In this document: one piece after another, positions 35,355-49,544 of the stretch | How positions within the stretch are numbered: position 1 is the first letter of the stretch | Layout of the letters: every line of letters starts with the position of its first letter | Assembly: GCA_030390025.1 (NCBI GenBank) | Contig: CM059431.1 | Location: forward strand, 119,228,001 to 119,292,000 | Direction: 5' to 3' | DNA from: Squalus acanthias | Lineage: Eukaryota | DNA: 64,000 nucleotides | Notes under the pieces: model-generated | What the model was told of the DNA's origin: nothing | The model's input: only the letters and a program-made list of their open reading frames with translations | Database searches by the model: none | Made by a program: the position numbers and the translations under genes

Positions 35355-36083
35355 GGCCCGTATTTTCCGATCGCAGGCCTCCCGCGGGCGGAGGACTGCA
35401 ATCAGGAAAAATCTGCGCCCTTACCTGAGGGCTCCCGGGACGCGCACACTTCCAATGCTGGGCCTCACCAAACTCCGCGCAGGGCCCACGTATCCCAGGG
35501 GCGCATTTAGTTCACAGCGTCCCTGGGATCACCTGGGCCATGGGGAGCCAATCACAGAAGGGAATCTCCCTTCGTCAAATATGTGAATGGAGATCAATGA
35601 AAAAACAGTAAAACTTTAAATAAATTTTTAAAAATCACATTTTTAAAATGACTTGAAATTACAATAAATTAAGTATTTTAAACAAAAATTTAATTTTTTG
35701 AAAAAAATAATTAAAGTGTTTTACGGGGCTAAAAATAAACTTACCTTTTTTTAAGTATTTTTAAATGATAAATCAGTGAATTTTTTTTTTTTTTAACTTT
35801 TTTTCTACTCTTATCCTGGTAAAAGTAGGCCTTCCGCCTGCTTTTACCAGGCGTAAGAATTATAAGGCTTTTCTGCGGGCAGAGGGTCTCCAAAAAGCGG
35901 AACTATCCGCCCGCAGAGGCCCTTCTCCAGGGCAGCCGGAGGATCTGTCAAGATGATTCTTGACAGATCGGAAATGCCGGTTTTCAGCGCATGTGCTGTG
36001 CATGCCTGAAATCGGCATTTCCGATGTCCCTACGGGTGGGTACACAGCACGTACACACCTGTAGGGATCGGAATATCTGGCCC
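35355..36083. mobile_element. Harbinger-type MITE with TSD aat
   Basis: TIR ggcccgtattttccgatc / gatcggaatatctggccc (14/18 match), flanked by aat on both sides. GC-rich arms around an AT-rich core. Same family as 44247-45007. Confidence 0.75.
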
Positions 36084-37069
36084 AATATCTCCAGTAATAT
36101 AACAGACAAAGAATTTTCTCATGGTGCATTTAGTGTTCGTCTGTTGATATTGTTGGTGATTAATTTCTAGGCTTATGCATTCTTGACATTGTAAATGTAA
36201 TACAACTGCTTCCTTTGGTTGCTTTTTTCTAGCAAAATCAAAAACTTGCGCTTTTAGAATGTTTTTTACAATTTCTCTGGAAGTAGAAAACCCAGGAGGT
36301 CTTCATCCAATATTTACGATGACACTAGCACGTAGTTACCAGCAGAAATCTTCCCCCACAGAGCATAGCCATTAAACCTAGTAAACACTCAACTGAGACT
36401 AACAAAAAATGGGAAACGTTCAACCTAAAATTCATCAATCCTGTTGACACAATCACAAGAAAGTGGATGTGCTGATGAAATTCCCTTTTGGCTGGAGTCA
36501 CTTTCAACTTCTCTGCTCCACTGAACCACAGAAATAAGGAGGAAAAAGAAAGACCTGTATTTATATAGTGCCTTAACACATCTCTGAGAAACATCTCAAA
36601 ACACTTCACACAAATTACTTTTGAAATGTAGTCATTGTTGTTATATAGACAAACATGGCAGCCCTTTGCAAGTTTCGTTGATGATGGAAGGAAGGAGATA
36701 TAATTCAAACTTAAGTAATGCTGGGCGATTGCTCCAGTTCGTATATGACTGGCAACTCCTTTTTAAATTTGAATAGTTAGATACCCAAAATCCCACAAGT
36801 CCTGGTAACTCTTTTTTGGAATATAAAAGAGGGTTCTGTTTAAAATCAAGAGTCAACATAGAGATTCTTTGAAAGTAACCAGTCAGTTTGAAACTCAGAA
36901 AGAGAAAAAGTAGTTTGAAATTTCCCAGGTTATAGGTGAGATTAATTAGACTCCCATAGTGATAAGAAATTTAAAAAAGAAATAAGAGAGACCACAAAAT
37001 ATTCCAAACTCTATTAATAAATTTATGCATAAACATATCACACATATCACATGCATTCTGATAACTAAT

Positions 37070-37843
37070 GACACTTGTGCCTGCCATAGTTGAATAGCTG
37101 TCATTGTGTGCATGATTTGAGATGTGGGTATGAATGTTGCTAGGTAGAGATTGTTGGTGGGTTAGTGCTTGGGGTGTGCTGCATTGAGCAGTGTGTGAAG
37201 CTTGTGGTACAGATGGTGGTATGTAACATTTGTTGAAGCCTTCACTCATCCTGGTCACCCATGTGAGCTTGTTAAACTTCCTCTTGCACTGTGTTTGGTC
37301 CTGGGGACCACAGTGCTGCCTGTGATGTGGTGTGCCACCTCCCTCCATATAGTCTGGCAGACTTGTGGCGAGGGCCTCCTGCAAGTTGGTACAGGACTGC
37401 CTGCCTTCTCTCCACCGCTAAAACCAATGCCTCCAAAGCTTCCTCGGATAACCCCCGGGCTCTCTCCATGGGGCGGCAATCTGCCATCAGCATTTGTAAA
37501 TAAGTGCTCCTTCTCTTTGTCTTTCTTCTTATGGTTGTTGTGGCAGCTGTACACCCAACTATGCTGAGAATGAGGTGCTGCAGCATCAATTGACCTCCCC
37601 TTTAGGCAGTGAAAAAAGCCTGTGGCAATCATTACTTGCGTTTACACTACACCCGATATCGGTCCATCTTTTCAGTGTAACGCCAATGAGCTTGGGTTTT
37701 TAGATCAGATTTAAGGCTCCAATCATTTTAATGAGGAGTGAGGACGAATTTTGCGTGCAGTCTAGATGATTTTCACTTTGCGCTAATTCACCATTTTTAG
37801 TCTAAACACTGCCCATTCCTTGGCTATAACAAATTTCTAGCCC
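37070..37843 (-). mobile_element. Harbinger fragment G (TIR plus Myb/SANT exon 1)
   Basis: MADCRPMERARGLSEEALEALVLAVERRQAVLY...IWREVAHHITGSTVVPRT. The end aatttctagccc mirrors the start of the element at 62380. Confidence 0.8.
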
Positions 37844-39428
37844 ATACACTATTATTTAAAAGTTGGTTACAAATGTTAGCTCTTTTCATTATTTTGTCGA
37901 CTCAAAGAGTTAGGTGGAAGGATGTATATTGCACACATAACTGCTCCTTATTTTCTTGAATCTTTTGTTAAATAAATTCACTTAATTAATGGTTTAAAAT
38001 TTAAAACAAGATCTGCTGGTGAGATGCTCTATTCACTCATTGAAGATGAGATAGATTCTATGAAGGCAGAGGATAACTGCAGTAGGTAAAAGTAATTAAC
38101 ACACAGGTTTTGTATTTCATTATCATGGGCGTGTTTCTGAAAGCTTATGGAGACCTTGAGGTGAATAGAGACACTCCTGAGTGTATGGGGAGATGGAACT
38201 TGCCCATGACAGTAATCTAAGCTATGAGAGTTGAAATAATCTAGAGTAAGAAAGCTATGAAACACCCACAAACATAACTGGGATCATTAACATTCCCTGG
38301 AACAGGAGATCGGGACCTTGGTTTAACATTTCACCTGAAAGACAGCACTTCCAGCAATGCTGTACTGCACTAAAGTATCAGCATAAAATATCCACTTCAG
38401 TCCAGGAGTGGGATTTGAACCCATAACTGTCTGGCTCAGAGCCAATTTAGGAGGAGCCCTATGGCTGTGAATATTACAAAACAAATGAATGGCTGAGATA
38501 TATTTAATGGTAAATACTTATTATTCTTAGTACTTCTCCTTGGATGATCATTCTCATTTAATTACATTCTTGAGGATTTTAATGTAATTAATCACAAGCT
38601 TTGAAACCAAGGAGAAATGCTTGCTTGAAGGGACTTAATGTGAATAAACAAATGGAAGAATCTGTACCAGTTGTTATTTCCCTGTTGTTCAGAATTTATG
38701 GATTGCCTGAATAGTGGCTTGCGGTAATAAGGATTAATTAAATCTATATGGGCAATATAGACAAACATGGCAGCCCTTCTCAGTGAAATTAGGGAAGGGC
38801 AATAAATTCTGGCCTTGCCAGTGATGCCCACATCCCGTGAATGAATAAATAAAATTTAAAAATGAGGAAAAGAGACTTGATAACACACCCATGCAATAAA
38901 CTGTCACATGGACATGTATCTGGTGCAGAATAAAGTTTGAAGTGGGAAATAGATAACCATTTCAATTAATTCAGTTGGAAGTATATTGAGTAGTAGGATT
39001 TAAAATTGAGACAATTTGAAGCTAAAGTTTGGTATGGCACTCTCACATAGGTGGCCTTGTGTCCCCTATTATCTGGAGTGCACCTTTTTCAGAGCAATAT
39101 TCAGGTAAGCAATAAGGAGACCCAGGAATTATAATAGAGAATCCTCACTCCTTAGCAAAGGAATATGTCATATTCTTCTCTCTTCAAAAGTGGAATAAAT
39201 ATTCATTCCATCTAAACTGAGACTCAGGCTTCAAACCAACAAGTGGTTTCGTTTAGATAAGGCAGATGAATGAAAAGTAAACAGTGCAATTCAGCAAAAT
39301 AAACAATTCTCTACCTTCCTTAACACATAAAATAATAGACATTGCTTGCTTCATCTCTAAACAGAGACTTTAAACAGAGGTTTACTAACTGTAAAGAGGC
39401 CTAGCTCCTGTGCTAGGCTTATCAGTAA

Positions 39429-39830
39429 GGTAGCAGAGTGGTTATGTTATGTCTAGAGTCCTAGACTTAATGATCCATTTAAACGTGAGTTCAAATCCCA
39501 CCATGGCGACTGGGGAATTTAAATTCAGTTAATTAATTAAATAAATCTGGAATAAAAAGTGTCGCTAATGGTGACCATGAAACTACTGGATTGTTGTAAA
39601 AACCCATCTGGTTCACTAATGTCCTTTAGGGAAGGAAATCTGCCATCCTTACCTGGTCTGGCCTATATGTGACTCCAGACCCACAGCAATGTTATCGATT
39701 CTTAACTGGCCTAGCAAGCCACTCAGTTGTATAAGACGGCTCACCACCACCTTCTCAAAGAAAATTAGGGATGGGCAATAAATGCTGGCCTTGCCAGTGA
39801 TGCCCACATTCCATGAATGAATAAAAAATA
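39429..39830 (+). mobile_element. tRNA-derived SINE (same family as 6298-6697)
   Basis: Colinear similarity including the B-box gagttcaaatcc and the LINE-derived tail. Confidence 0.8.
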
Positions 39831-40919
39831 AATTTTGGCTGCATGACTCAAACAGTCATTGTAGACTGATTGTTGAACTGCACATGAAGCCCAATATAAT
39901 CCAGAATTGGAGAACTTTGGCCACCAACTGTGTGTCAGTAAGACAATCAATGATCCTGTCCTCTTTCAAAGGTTTCAAGCACAGCTATCAATCAAATTTA
40001 TTACCCGAGGCTGTTTCCTACTCCTTTGTTCTATATCAAAAAACGGTGAATGTCTGCATCTCTTATAATTACATTCGATGAAAAATCCATTCATCAATAT
40101 TGAATGGTTAGCCAGTTTTGACAATGGCATAGACACTTGAAATGAATGGGATGGTCCTGTATGAATTAAACAGTTAACACTGTAGTCAAGCCACTGGCCC
40201 CGATTTTAACTCTGAGCCAGTTTTTGGTGGGTGAGAGTGGTGTGAGTTAGAAATCACCCATTGTTCCAGAAATGAGGTCTGAGCTGTTTTAACTTTAGGG
40301 TCTCATTTAAATCCTGTTGGCCAACTTCCTTACAATTTAGTATTTTCATAATTCTGATGAGAAATGTTATTCTACTGTGTTTCACAATTCTTTTCGTTAG
40401 TGCTCTGATGAATCAAACAGAAGCTATGCTCTTTACTTCTTCCATTATATTTAATTTTCTAATCTCCATAATTGCTGCTTTGTGAACATGATTTTTCCAA
40501 CCTTATTGTTTAAATAATGTACTGGCAAACTCTTGGAAACAGGCGAAACTTTAATGACTATCGATCACTTTACTTTTGATTGGGAGGAGGTTGATCGGGC
40601 ATTAATTAGCTGGGTTAGATTTATCCTGTTTTCCACTGGGATAAATTAAAAATAAACAGGTAGGAATTAGTTCACCAGCTGAGCTGGAGTTCATTCAATT
40701 ATGAAGTAGCCAACTTCTTTGGCACAGTATCTGATCAATACAGATCTTGCTGCAATCGTTACAATAACTAGAGGGATGCTTGGTAGACTTGACTTCCTTG
40801 GAGATAAAGAAGTCACCCCACCAGCTACTATCAGAGGTTAAAAATAGTCTGCTGCACTTGGCACTTTAAGCAGCTGAACAAGGCTTGGCTCAGGGGCACT
40901 TTCAACAGATAAACAACAT

Positions 40920-41578
40920 GGGGGGAAATTCCCTTAGTGGGCCGTTTGGGGCGCGAAGTGAAAAATGTTTGGAAAGTTAGTGCCAGGCGCTAACCTATTC
41001 AAGCATTTGTTAAATTCCCTCTTTTTGCTCCAAGAGGGAAGTGGAGCGCTAAATCAAGCGCTCCACTTGCCTCTTGGAGCGCAAGAGGTGGGGACTGTCC
41101 CGATCCGGGACGATGTGCTCAACAGCGCCACGTGTGGCCATGTGTGGCGCAGCCGTATTGCAGAGGCTCTCCCCTACATTAAAGGGAAGGGCCCCACGCG
41201 GTGAGCTCTGCAGGTTTCATTGTAGATTTCTGGGCCACCGGGGAGTGGGAGTGCCAGGCTGAGCGATCGCGGCACGGACGGCGTGGCCGAAAATAATTTT
41301 TTTGGGAAATCGGCTTTTTTTTTGGGCAGGCCACCCACCGCACCTTTAAGTTGCGCCCCGCGAGCAGCCGGCCTCAGCGTTCGCGACCCCTGCAGCAGTC
41401 GGTAACATCGCCCGGCGCTGCTGCGGGGAGCAAGTGCGAATTTTACTCCCGAGGCGCTACCGGGGCGCTGAGCCCGGAGATGATGTCATGATCTCCGGGT
41501 GCAGAAGATCGGGGCGATACCCGGCAGCGCCGCCGCTAACCTCCTGCGTAATTTTGTAAACAAGGGGAATTTCGCCCC
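40920..41578. mobile_element. Harbinger-derived MITE, probable TSD cat
   Basis: cat|ggggggaaattccc ... ggggaatttcgcccc|cat. CpG-rich, with subterminal motifs shared with elements B and H. Confidence 0.8.
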
Positions 41579-44246
41579 CATAGTTTTTAAAAGCTCTGAA
41601 ACACACTTCAGATTGCATGGGAAATCAAAAATCTCAGTTTGATTGTTAAAATAAATCATTACAAGGACAGACAAGGCCAAATTAACCAAGAAATTAAAGA
41701 CAATTTCTCACACAAACTACACAAGCAATCCAAACTACGCATATTTTAAGAAAACTTTGAATTGTCATTTAATCACTGTTCCTGATGTCAAATTTCAGAG
41801 GATGATTACACACATGAGAGCAAATACTTTGGCTCCAGTCCCACAGATCTATAAATCAGTCTTTCAAAATCTGGAAACGGCCACGACAGTGAATCGGACC
41901 GTACACATTCACTGCTCTCCTTTATTCTCTACTGTTTCCCTCTCTTGAGAACTGGATTCATGTTCTTGGCTATCACTTCATTCCTTAACTAGGGGTTGTT
42001 AAGCTACTTAAGAGGTGCAATATTAACATATGTTACCGAATCCTGATTGATCAGTTTCTACTAAAATCTTCTTGAACAAACAAACCCAATGGTAACCTGA
42101 AGTAATTAATAATTCCATTCACTGTTACCAAATAAAAAATGGTGATACTAGCACCCTGGCTTCTAAAAATGGAAAGCAACATGTGTATCCTATCCTGCAC
42201 AATGCCCCCCAATTTTCTTCCCCATTCCTTTGCTCCACCAGGGCACAGGTCAGTCTGACATGACCTGAAACCACTTGGATTTCTGGGTTCAAGTCATTTC
42301 TATAGGCCTGGCATTTCCGGCGTGTATTGCCCACCCCAAAAACATCAGCTAGAAGGCCACCAGCCTTAAGGATCGTTGGGAGCTTGCGAGGAAAAATATG
42401 TTCAACTAGCTTTTGAAGCCTCCCTGAAGTGGGCACCCACTCAATGTACTGAGAGAAAAATGAGGCTGGAGGCCCCATTGGGCACTCCCCTCACCTCATT
42501 TCCATGGCTACCCAACAGTATTCTGTCCCCTTTCCTCAGGGAAACATGAAGGGGGCGGAGCCCTACCATGCCAGGTCTCTGTCCATTTTTCCTCTGCTGT
42601 GCGCCTCCAAAATGGTGAGCACAGGAGAGAAAATCAGCCCCTATTAGACTTGTTTGTTTATATCTTCTCATTAACTGGTTATTTTCAGTGTATGACCAAC
42701 AAACACACACAAGTTCTTGCCCCTTTCCACTTTTCCTGATGGACAGCTCTTCATCATGTCGATACCTTTGCTGTTTCCTCTTCCAATGTTAATTATCTTA
42801 TGTTTGCATCAAAATCCATCTGCCATTCCTTAGCCTTATTAATTGGCCCTGATTTATATTCACCTTATAGCACATGAAAGGTTATATTGAAGAGAGATGC
42901 AACAGAGGCAGCAAAAGAGCAGAAGGGTTGCAAATAGATTTCAAACTGAAATTCTGATGTGTCAGAGGCACTGAAGTCAGATGTTTGTCACTACTAATCA
43001 TTTCGACCTCAGAATTATGCTGTTATTCGATATTAGCCTAGCAAAACTGAGCACATTTAAAATGAAATTTCTCGGTCGCATTACGAGAGACGTCAATGTC
43101 TCTGTTAAAACAGTGGCTGGAGGAAATTTACACAAATGCAATAAATGTTCAAAGGCTAATATCACACAGTCTAATTTCAAGACCTTTACCGTTATATTTT
43201 CAGACGACTATGAAAGTTTAATTAAATTCAAGGTTGTGGTACAGGAAAACTAACCTCAAAAGTCTTACTTCACAGATTTACTAATATTTGGGCCAAATAA
43301 ATCTGGAGTGCTAGTCTGAGTAATCCAGGGTCTGACTTACAATCGTTATATTAAGACTGGCCCCCTTGGTGTTTCTTGCCTTTTTGTGGGTAAGCTCCAA
43401 AAAGTTTTGACCTTTTCCTCAGCAATGATCCATTCGTCTCCTATGCATGCGCCTTAGAAACAACATTGGTGCCTCAAATATAGCAAGTTATCCATAACTC
43501 CCAGACAATAATTATTTTTCATGGAGGTACATATCGGACAACTGGGATGCGCGAGATTTTTTTTAGATTTAGCAAAATATTGCAGTCAAAAATTCACCAT
43601 GGATAAATGACTAACCATTGTTCCAAATGCCAATCTACTTCCCTGTCCATGCACCAGATGGTGCTGTGCTATGTACTTAAAAAAAGGTTTTTCTTGGTGG
43701 TTTCAGCATCATTTGGAGCACTGGAATAAGGAAACAACACAGCATAGTTCAATGTGTGAGGTATCATTTGTTCTGCTGACAATTTGTTAGCATTCTACAA
43801 AAATGGTGCAGTGGTTAGTTAATATACTGAGAATTATTTTTATAGTTACATTATGAACAGGATCTGTTCATATCACTGTTATAAATCAACTTTCATCTGT
43901 GGAATGAATGCATCATTTGGGCATACCTTTGGTGCATTTGCAAAAAGAAATATTAGTGAAGATTGGTCCAGAATTAGCTGAGAAAATAACGGCGAGTTTA
44001 ATGTGCTCGCCAGTATCAGTGCATTAAAAAACACAGCAATTTGTGCTGAGGAAGAAATATGCCATGAGCTGCGAATGGCCACAAGTTGCTGGATGATATG
44101 GGCCGCTCCACCGTGAGCCTTGCAAAAACAGAAGCTCAGTGTCAACCTCCCCATGAGCATCAAGAAATTGCTGGATTTGCATTGTAAATATGAATGAATC
44201 TTGCTGCAGACATTTAAGGCTGATGTTTCATGTTGTAAGGACTGTC

Positions 44247-45007
44247 GGGCCAGAAATTCGGATCGGAGGCTTCCCACGGGTGCAAGCATAGCGGGTGCAC
44301 TTACATAGCGCGCCTGCCGTTGTGCTGTGGGCCCGCGTGGAATTCGGATCCTGGGCCTCCTCCAGCTGCCGGTGTGCAGTGCTCGCAGATCCCAGCGGCG
44401 CAGTTAGTTTGAAGCGTCCCCTGGGATCACGTGGGCCATGGGGAGCCAATCGGAGCAGGGAATCTCCATTCATAGATTTGGCAGGAAGACCTGTCAAATC
44501 TATAAATAGAGATCAGCCCCAAAACCTAACTAAAACTTCAAATAATTTTTTTTTTAAATCACATTTTTAAAATAACTATAAATTACATAAAATAACTATT
44601 TAAACAATAATTTACATTTTTGAAAACATTAATTACAGTTTTTAACAGGTTTAAAAATAAACTTACCTTTCTTTAAAGTATTTAAAAATAATAAACCTGT
44701 GGAAAAAATGTTTTAATTTTACTTAATTCACCACTTACCTTGTTAAAAGCAGGCCTTGCGCCTGCTTTTTCCCCGCGCAGCTGCTAGGAACTTACCTGCA
44801 AGGAGAAACCTGTAAAAAAAGCCGAAGTTCGCTGCGTGCGCGCTGCCTCTCCTGTGCACGCGGTTGACCCGCGAACCCCTTCCTTCACGAGACCGGAAGT
44901 TCCAGTTTCCCATGAATGCGCAGTATTGCGCAAAACCGGCACTTCCGGTGGCCCTACGGGTGAGTACACAGCGCGTACTCACCCGTGGGGAACCGAATTT
45001 CTGCCCC
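44247..45007. mobile_element. Harbinger-type MITE (family of 35355-36083)
   Basis: TIR gggccagaaattcgg / ccgaatttctgcccc. Shares cgtccctgggatcac.tgggccatggggagccaatc and aaaaataaacttacctt with the other copy. No TSD evident. Confidence 0.75.
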
Positions 45008-45059
45008 AAAGTGATTTAAGGTCCTGACATGCTACTCAACCTTGGAGGCCCAGAAAGGA

Positions 45060-46055
45060 AATAAATCATTAAAAGTAGCAACGCAGGTTAGCTGGAGTTC
45101 ATTTCTAGAGGAATAGACTTGAAAAGCAGTGAAGTTATGTTAAACTTGTATAGAAACTTGGTTAGACAAGACAGAGAACTGTGCACAGTTCTGGTCTCTA
45201 TGGGGGGGATTTAGCCAGCCCTGGGGAGGCGGGACTGCCGGGAAAATGGCAGAAACTGGGAGCGGGTACCGAGTCCTTCTCAAAGCTGTCAAATGCTGAC
45301 AATTCATTTGTCAAAAAATGTTTGATAGATGAAACGTCATACGCTGATGTCCTCTGTCACCGGCTTTCCCTTAAGTGGCCTGCTAAGCCCGCAGGGCGGG
45401 CTTAACAAGGTCAATCAAGGAAAAATAGCGTGGTTTGGCCGGACATCATTGGGGGCAGGACTGAAACCCGACAACCAGCAGTCCCACCCCCAACGTGCCC
45501 CCATTGACAAAATCCAGCGCATTATTACAAAAAGGATATGGAGGCACCAGAGAAAGTGCAAAAAAGATTTACAAGGATGATACCAGAACTGAGAGGTTAT
45601 AACTACCAGGAAAGACTGAACCGACTGGGACTCTTTTCTCTAGAAAAGAGAAGGCTGCAGGGTGACCTAGTAGAGGTCTATAAAATTATGATGGGGTTTG
45701 ATAGGGTAGATGTAGTGAAAATGTTTCCATTTGTGGGGGAATCCAAAACTGGGGTCATAAATATAAGATAGTCACTAATAAATCCAATAAAGAATTCAGG
45801 AGGAACTCCTTTACCTACAGAGTGGTTAGAATATGGAAGTTGCTATCACATGGAGTAGTTGAGGCGAATAGCATAGATGCATTTAAGGGGTATCTAGATA
45901 AGTACATGAGGGAGGCAGGACGAGAAGGATATGCTGATAGGGTTAAATGAAGTAGGATGGGAGGAGGCTCGTATGGAGCATAAACATAGTTGGACATAGA
46001 CCAGTTGGGCTGAATGACCTGCTTCTGTGCTGAAAATTCTATCTAATTCTATATC
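45060..46055 (+). mobile_element. CR1 LINE 3' fragment with nested Harbinger-type MITE (~45202-45520)
   Basis: EKVQKRFTRMIPELRGYNYQERLNRLGLFSLEKRRLQGDL. The insert gggggggattt...aaaatccagcgc resembles the right end of element A. Confidence 0.8.
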
Positions 46056-47212
46056 ATTGAAATTGTGGAGTCTCACTCCTGCAGGTAGTAAATTGTTCGG
46101 AGAGGTTTTTTGAATTAAAAAAAAATTCTTACTTTTCCTTTCTGTCTCTTTTTTCTCTCTCTCTCTCAATCCAATCTTTCTTTCCCACTCTTTATTTCTC
46201 TTTCGGTATCTAATTTGACTCTAATTCACCCAATTCCCTTCTCCGTCATTCGCTCTGTTTCTTTCTCTATCCTTAAATGTCTTTGGTTAAGGAGATAGAC
46301 AATTGAACCTGATGTTCACTAGCTTCCAGATGCCCTGTTGACGTCGCTATGCCATTAGCAAGTCGCATTTCCAGCATTTTGGGCTAAACAAATATGCGCT
46401 GAAGGGTGAGGAAAAAAATCGAATTCACGCCACTCCAGCAATTTATGGGCCATTATCTTTAATATTCAGTCCCAGTGGGGATTCACTGTTGGTTGGTGCA
46501 CTCAAAGCAATGCATTATGGGGAAAATTCTACTGACTGAGAACTATGACTTCCACAATATCTTTTTGATTATATATTTGTTTTAATCAATTTGAACGATG
46601 TCATTGTAAGAAAATGAAGCACTGTCCTACATTGACCACCAAATGTCAACATCAAGCATTCTTAAATCAAATGTAACATGGTTAGATGCAGAATAAAATT
46701 CCCTTTGCTCTTTCCCAACATTGTGGTTTAACCCAACTTTACATTAGTATATCCATTAATTCACCAGTTTGAAATTTCCCTTTTTCCACATCAACCATCT
46801 TTATGGTCACCCTAAGTGAATTTGCAATTTAATGTAAATTTGTACTGAATTCTGGCCAGTATAGTACGATGGTGCCATATTCATTAGTAAATGGTCTGAG
46901 GTTGTTATGCTTTTGAGTCTTTTCTATCTTTCCTACTCTAGACCTTCAGCTCTTGTATATTAGATCACTTTGTGTTACATTTTAGATCGGGACCGGTAGC
47001 ATAGTGGTTATGTTACTGGATTGGTAATCCAGAGACCGGGACGAAAGATCTCAAAAGACAGGAATTCAATACCACCACTAGCAGCTGGCAAATTTAAATT
47101 CAGGTAATTATGTCAATTGGGAATAAAAAAACTAGTATCAGTAATGGTGACCATGTGACTACCAGATTGTCATAAAAACCCATCTGGTTCGCTAATGCCA
47201 AGTGGGTGATTC

Positions 47213-47249
47213 AGTTCTGATGAAAGGTTATTGACCTGAAACCTTAACT
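47213..47249 (+). ncRNA. Degenerate minimal hammerhead ribozyme in a second Penelope pLTR family
   Basis: agtt-CTGATGA-aAGGTtattGACCT-GAAA-cc-TT-aact. The stem III palindrome is broken (ACCT instead of ACGT). Confidence 0.6.
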
Positions 47250-47329
47250 CTGTTTCACGCTACACAGATGCTGTCTGCCCAGCTGAGTATTTCTAGCATT
47301 TTCTGTTTATATTCCAGTAGAGCTACAAC

Positions 47330-48700
47330 ACTGGCATCTACCCGACAAAGTGCCCAGGTATGTCCAGTCCACAAACAGCAGGATATTTCCAATCCGACCA
47401 ATTACTGCCCTCATCTGCTTACTCTTAATCATCAACAAAGTGATAGAAGGTGTCGATGACAGTGCTATCAAGCGGCACTTATTCACCAATACTCTGTTCA
47501 TCAATGCTCAGTTTGGATTCTGCCAGGACCACTCGTCTCCAGACTTCATTACAGACATGGTCCAAACAAAGACAAAAGAGCTGAATTCCAGAGGTGAGGT
47601 GAGACTGACTGCCCTTGACATGAGGCAGCATTTGACCGAGTGTAGAATCAAAGAGCCCTAGTAAAATTGATGTCAATGGGAATCAGGGGGGAAACACTCC
47701 ACTGGCTGGAGTCATACCTAGCACAAAGGAAGATGGTTGAAGGCCACTCATCTGATCCCCAGGGCATTGGTGCATGAGTTCCTCAGGGATCAATCATCTT
47801 CAGCTGCTTCAGAAGTGGGGATGTTTGCTGATGATTGCACAGTGTTCAGTTCCATTTGCAACTCCTCAGATAATGAAGCAGTCCATGCCTGCATGCACCA
47901 AGACCTGGTTGATAAGTGGCAAGTAACATTTGCGCCACACAAGTGCCAGGCAATCACTATCTCCAACAAGAGAGTCTAACCACCTCCCTTGACATTCAAT
48001 GGCATTACAATCATTGAAACTCCACCATCAACATCCTGGGGGTGACCATTGACCAGAAACCTAACTGGACCAGCCACAAAAATAATGTGGCTACAAGAGC
48101 AGGCCAGAAGCTGGGTATTCTGTGGTGACTGACTCACCTTCTGACTCCCCAAAGCCTTTCCACCATCTACAAGGCACAAGTCAAGAGTGTGATGGAATAC
48201 TCTCCACTTGCCTGGATGAGTGCAGCTCCAACAACACTCAAGAAACTCAACAGCATCCAGGACAAAACAGCCCGTTTGATTGGCACCCCATCCACCACCT
48301 TAAACATTCACTCCCTCCACCACCTGCGCACTGTGGCTACAGTGTGTACCATCTACAAGATATATTGCAGCAACTCAGCAAGGCTTCTTCAACAACTCCT
48401 CCCAAACCCGCGACCTCTTCCACCTAGAAGGACAAGGGCAGCAGGTGCATGGGAACACCACCACCTCCAAGTTTGCCTCCAAGTCACAAACCATCCTTAC
48501 TTGGAAATATATCTCTGTTCCTTCATCGTCGCTGGGTCAAAATCCTTGAACTCCCTCCCGAACAGCACTATGGGAGTACCTTCACCACACAGACTTCAGC
48601 GGTTCAAAAGGCACCTCACCACCACGTTCTCAAGGGCAATTAGGGATGGGCAATATGCTGGCCTTGCCAGTGACGCCCACATCCTGTGAATGAATAAAAA
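47330..48700 (+). mobile_element. CR1/L2-group LINE 3' portion, degraded
   Basis: AQFGFCQDHS, GMFADDCTVF, WQVTFAPHKCQ, MEYSPLAWMSAAPTTLKKL; tail as at 1000-1058. Confidence 0.88.
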
Positions 48701-49544
48701 ACATGCTTGTAGGTGAGTCCTAACTCCCTCTGTCTTCACTTGAAAACTAGGTAAGATTTCAGTAATGCACCAAAGAACAATCTTTCTGTTAATTTCTTTT
48801 AACTACTGGTATTATACTATATCTCCATAGTTTCTCTCTCCAGTCTACAGTGAATGATAGGACCTCGCTGCTGCAGATCTCAATTCAAGTTTAGATATTA
48901 AGCAAAATTATTTTACAGAAGTTGAACAAATGACTAACAGTGATATTAACAGTAGAAATCCTTCTATCTCCTCAAAATGAAAACATTATAATTTGTATTA
49001 TAATGTCAATTGTCATGTTATTCTGTAGTAGGATACTTTTATGTAACATATGAATGAAAATATAAAAAGAACAGGAAAGACTAACTACTCCATCAAGACT
49101 GTCCCATCCAGATGCGGTGAAGCCTACATCCACCATCAACCACTCCCTCCCCCCACAGTCATCCAATCTTCTGGGAGAGGCAGAAAAATAGGCAAAAACT
49201 TTTTGCCAGTTTTGGAAAATACACTGGGAAATACCACTTCAACACTTCCCCCACCCCACAGCAAATCAAGCAAGCTCCAGGAGACATCAGTAACTTATAG
49301 CAATAATTACAGCCACTCTTCACCTACCCTTTATAACTGAGATTTCCTCAATTCTCAAGAACTTGACTCACTCCCTTTTTAAAGGTTGCAGTGAATCCAT
49401 ATTTAGCACTCATTTAGATAATCTATTCCAGATTCTATGAACAGAAATACTTCTTGGCATCTAACCTAACTTTGGTTTTGTTTTTTACATTGATGTCCCC
49501 TAATTCTCTCACAAGTTACTTACAGATGAGGAAGACCATTCATT

